DNA of 15,227 nucleotides from a virus (Duplodnaviria; Heunggongvirae; Uroviricota; Caudoviricetes): IMG/VR virus record IMGVR_UViG_2740892422_000006, positions 1 to 15,227 of that record; one strand, 5' to 3'. Shown piece by piece: positions 14,750 to 15,227 of this stretch (position 1 is its first letter; each line of letters starts with the position of its first letter). The notes under the pieces were generated by a model. It saw only the letters and a program-made list of their open reading frames with translations, ran no database searches and was not told where the DNA came from. The position numbers and the translations under genes were made by a program.

Positions 14750-14918
14750 AAAGTGAATTTTGTGATGCGGTGAATGCGGCTAAGCGCACGCGGAACAGTT
14801 AAAACCAAAAACAGTGTTATGGGTGGATTCTCTGTATCCGGCGTTAATTGTTAACTGGTTAACGTCACCTGGAGGCACCAGGCACCGCATCACAAAATTC
14901 ATTGTTGAGGACGCGATA

Positions 14919-15107
14919 ATGGAAACGTTATTACCAAACGTTAATACGTCTGAAGGTTGTTTTGAAATTGGTGTCACTATCAGTAACCCTGTATTTACTG
15001 AAGATGCCATTAACAAGAGAAAACACGAACGGGAGTTATTAAATAAAATATGCATTCTTTCAATGCTGGCCCGTTTACGTCCGATACAAAAAGGATGCTG
15101 GCAATGA
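14919..15107 (+). CDS. dicB: Cell division inhibitor DicB (62 aa)
   Basis: METLLPNVNTSEGCFEIGVTISNPVFTEDAINKRKHERELLNKICILSMLARLRPIQKGCWQ resembles K-12 DicB closely as recalled; GAGGA SD. Confidence 0.8.
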   Translation: METLLPNVNTSEGCFEIGVTISNPVFTEDAINKRKHERELLNKICILSMLARLRPIQKGCWQ

Positions 15108-15217
15108 ATACAGCATTTGCACTTGTTCTGACAGTTGGTAATGACTCCAACTTATTGATAGTGTTTTATGTTCAGATAATGCCCGATGACTTTGTCATGC
15201 AGCTCCACCGATTTTGA
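15104..15217 (+). CDS. Small ORF after dicB (37 aa, MNTAFALVLTVGNDSNLLIVFYVQIMPDDFVMQLHRF), ydfD position
   Basis: ATGA overlap with the dicB stop; hydrophobic N-terminus. Confidence 0.35.
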   Translation: MNTAFALVLTVGNDSNLLIVFYVQIMPDDFVMQLHRF

Positions 15218-15227
15218 GAACGACAGC

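Overview
The whole 15.2 kb window reads as the immunity-to-lysis segment of a Qin/Rac-like lambdoid prophage from an E. coli-like enterobacterium. All calls rest on reading the sequence and motifs from memory; no database search or folding program was run. From right to left, the minus strand carries a Cro-like gene, a CII/YdaT-like gene, an O-like replication gene with internal iteron-like repeats, a hok-family toxin, a DUF968 gene, rusA, a Q-like antiterminator, a four-gene tRNA cluster, a TerB-like gene and a holin/holin/GH108 endolysin cassette. The plus strand carries a CI-like repressor followed by a ydfA-ydfB-ydfC-dicF-dicB division-inhibition operon. The most interesting feature is an AT-rich insert at 8.05-9.6 kb encoding a Hanks-type Ser/Thr kinase overlapping a PP2C phosphatase. 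It sits next to hok, in the position where Qin (as I recall it) carries relBE, and is a candidate phosphorylation-based phage-exclusion or toxin-antitoxin-like module. Other notable items are an Ais/PmrG-like phosphatase gene with a PmrA-box-like repeat in its promoter, an atypical tRNA inside the phage tRNA cluster, and a gene interrupted by an in-frame TAG. Several ORF-track starts are GTG/TTG rendered as M, so starts were re-evaluated against Shine-Dalgarno (SD) sequences.
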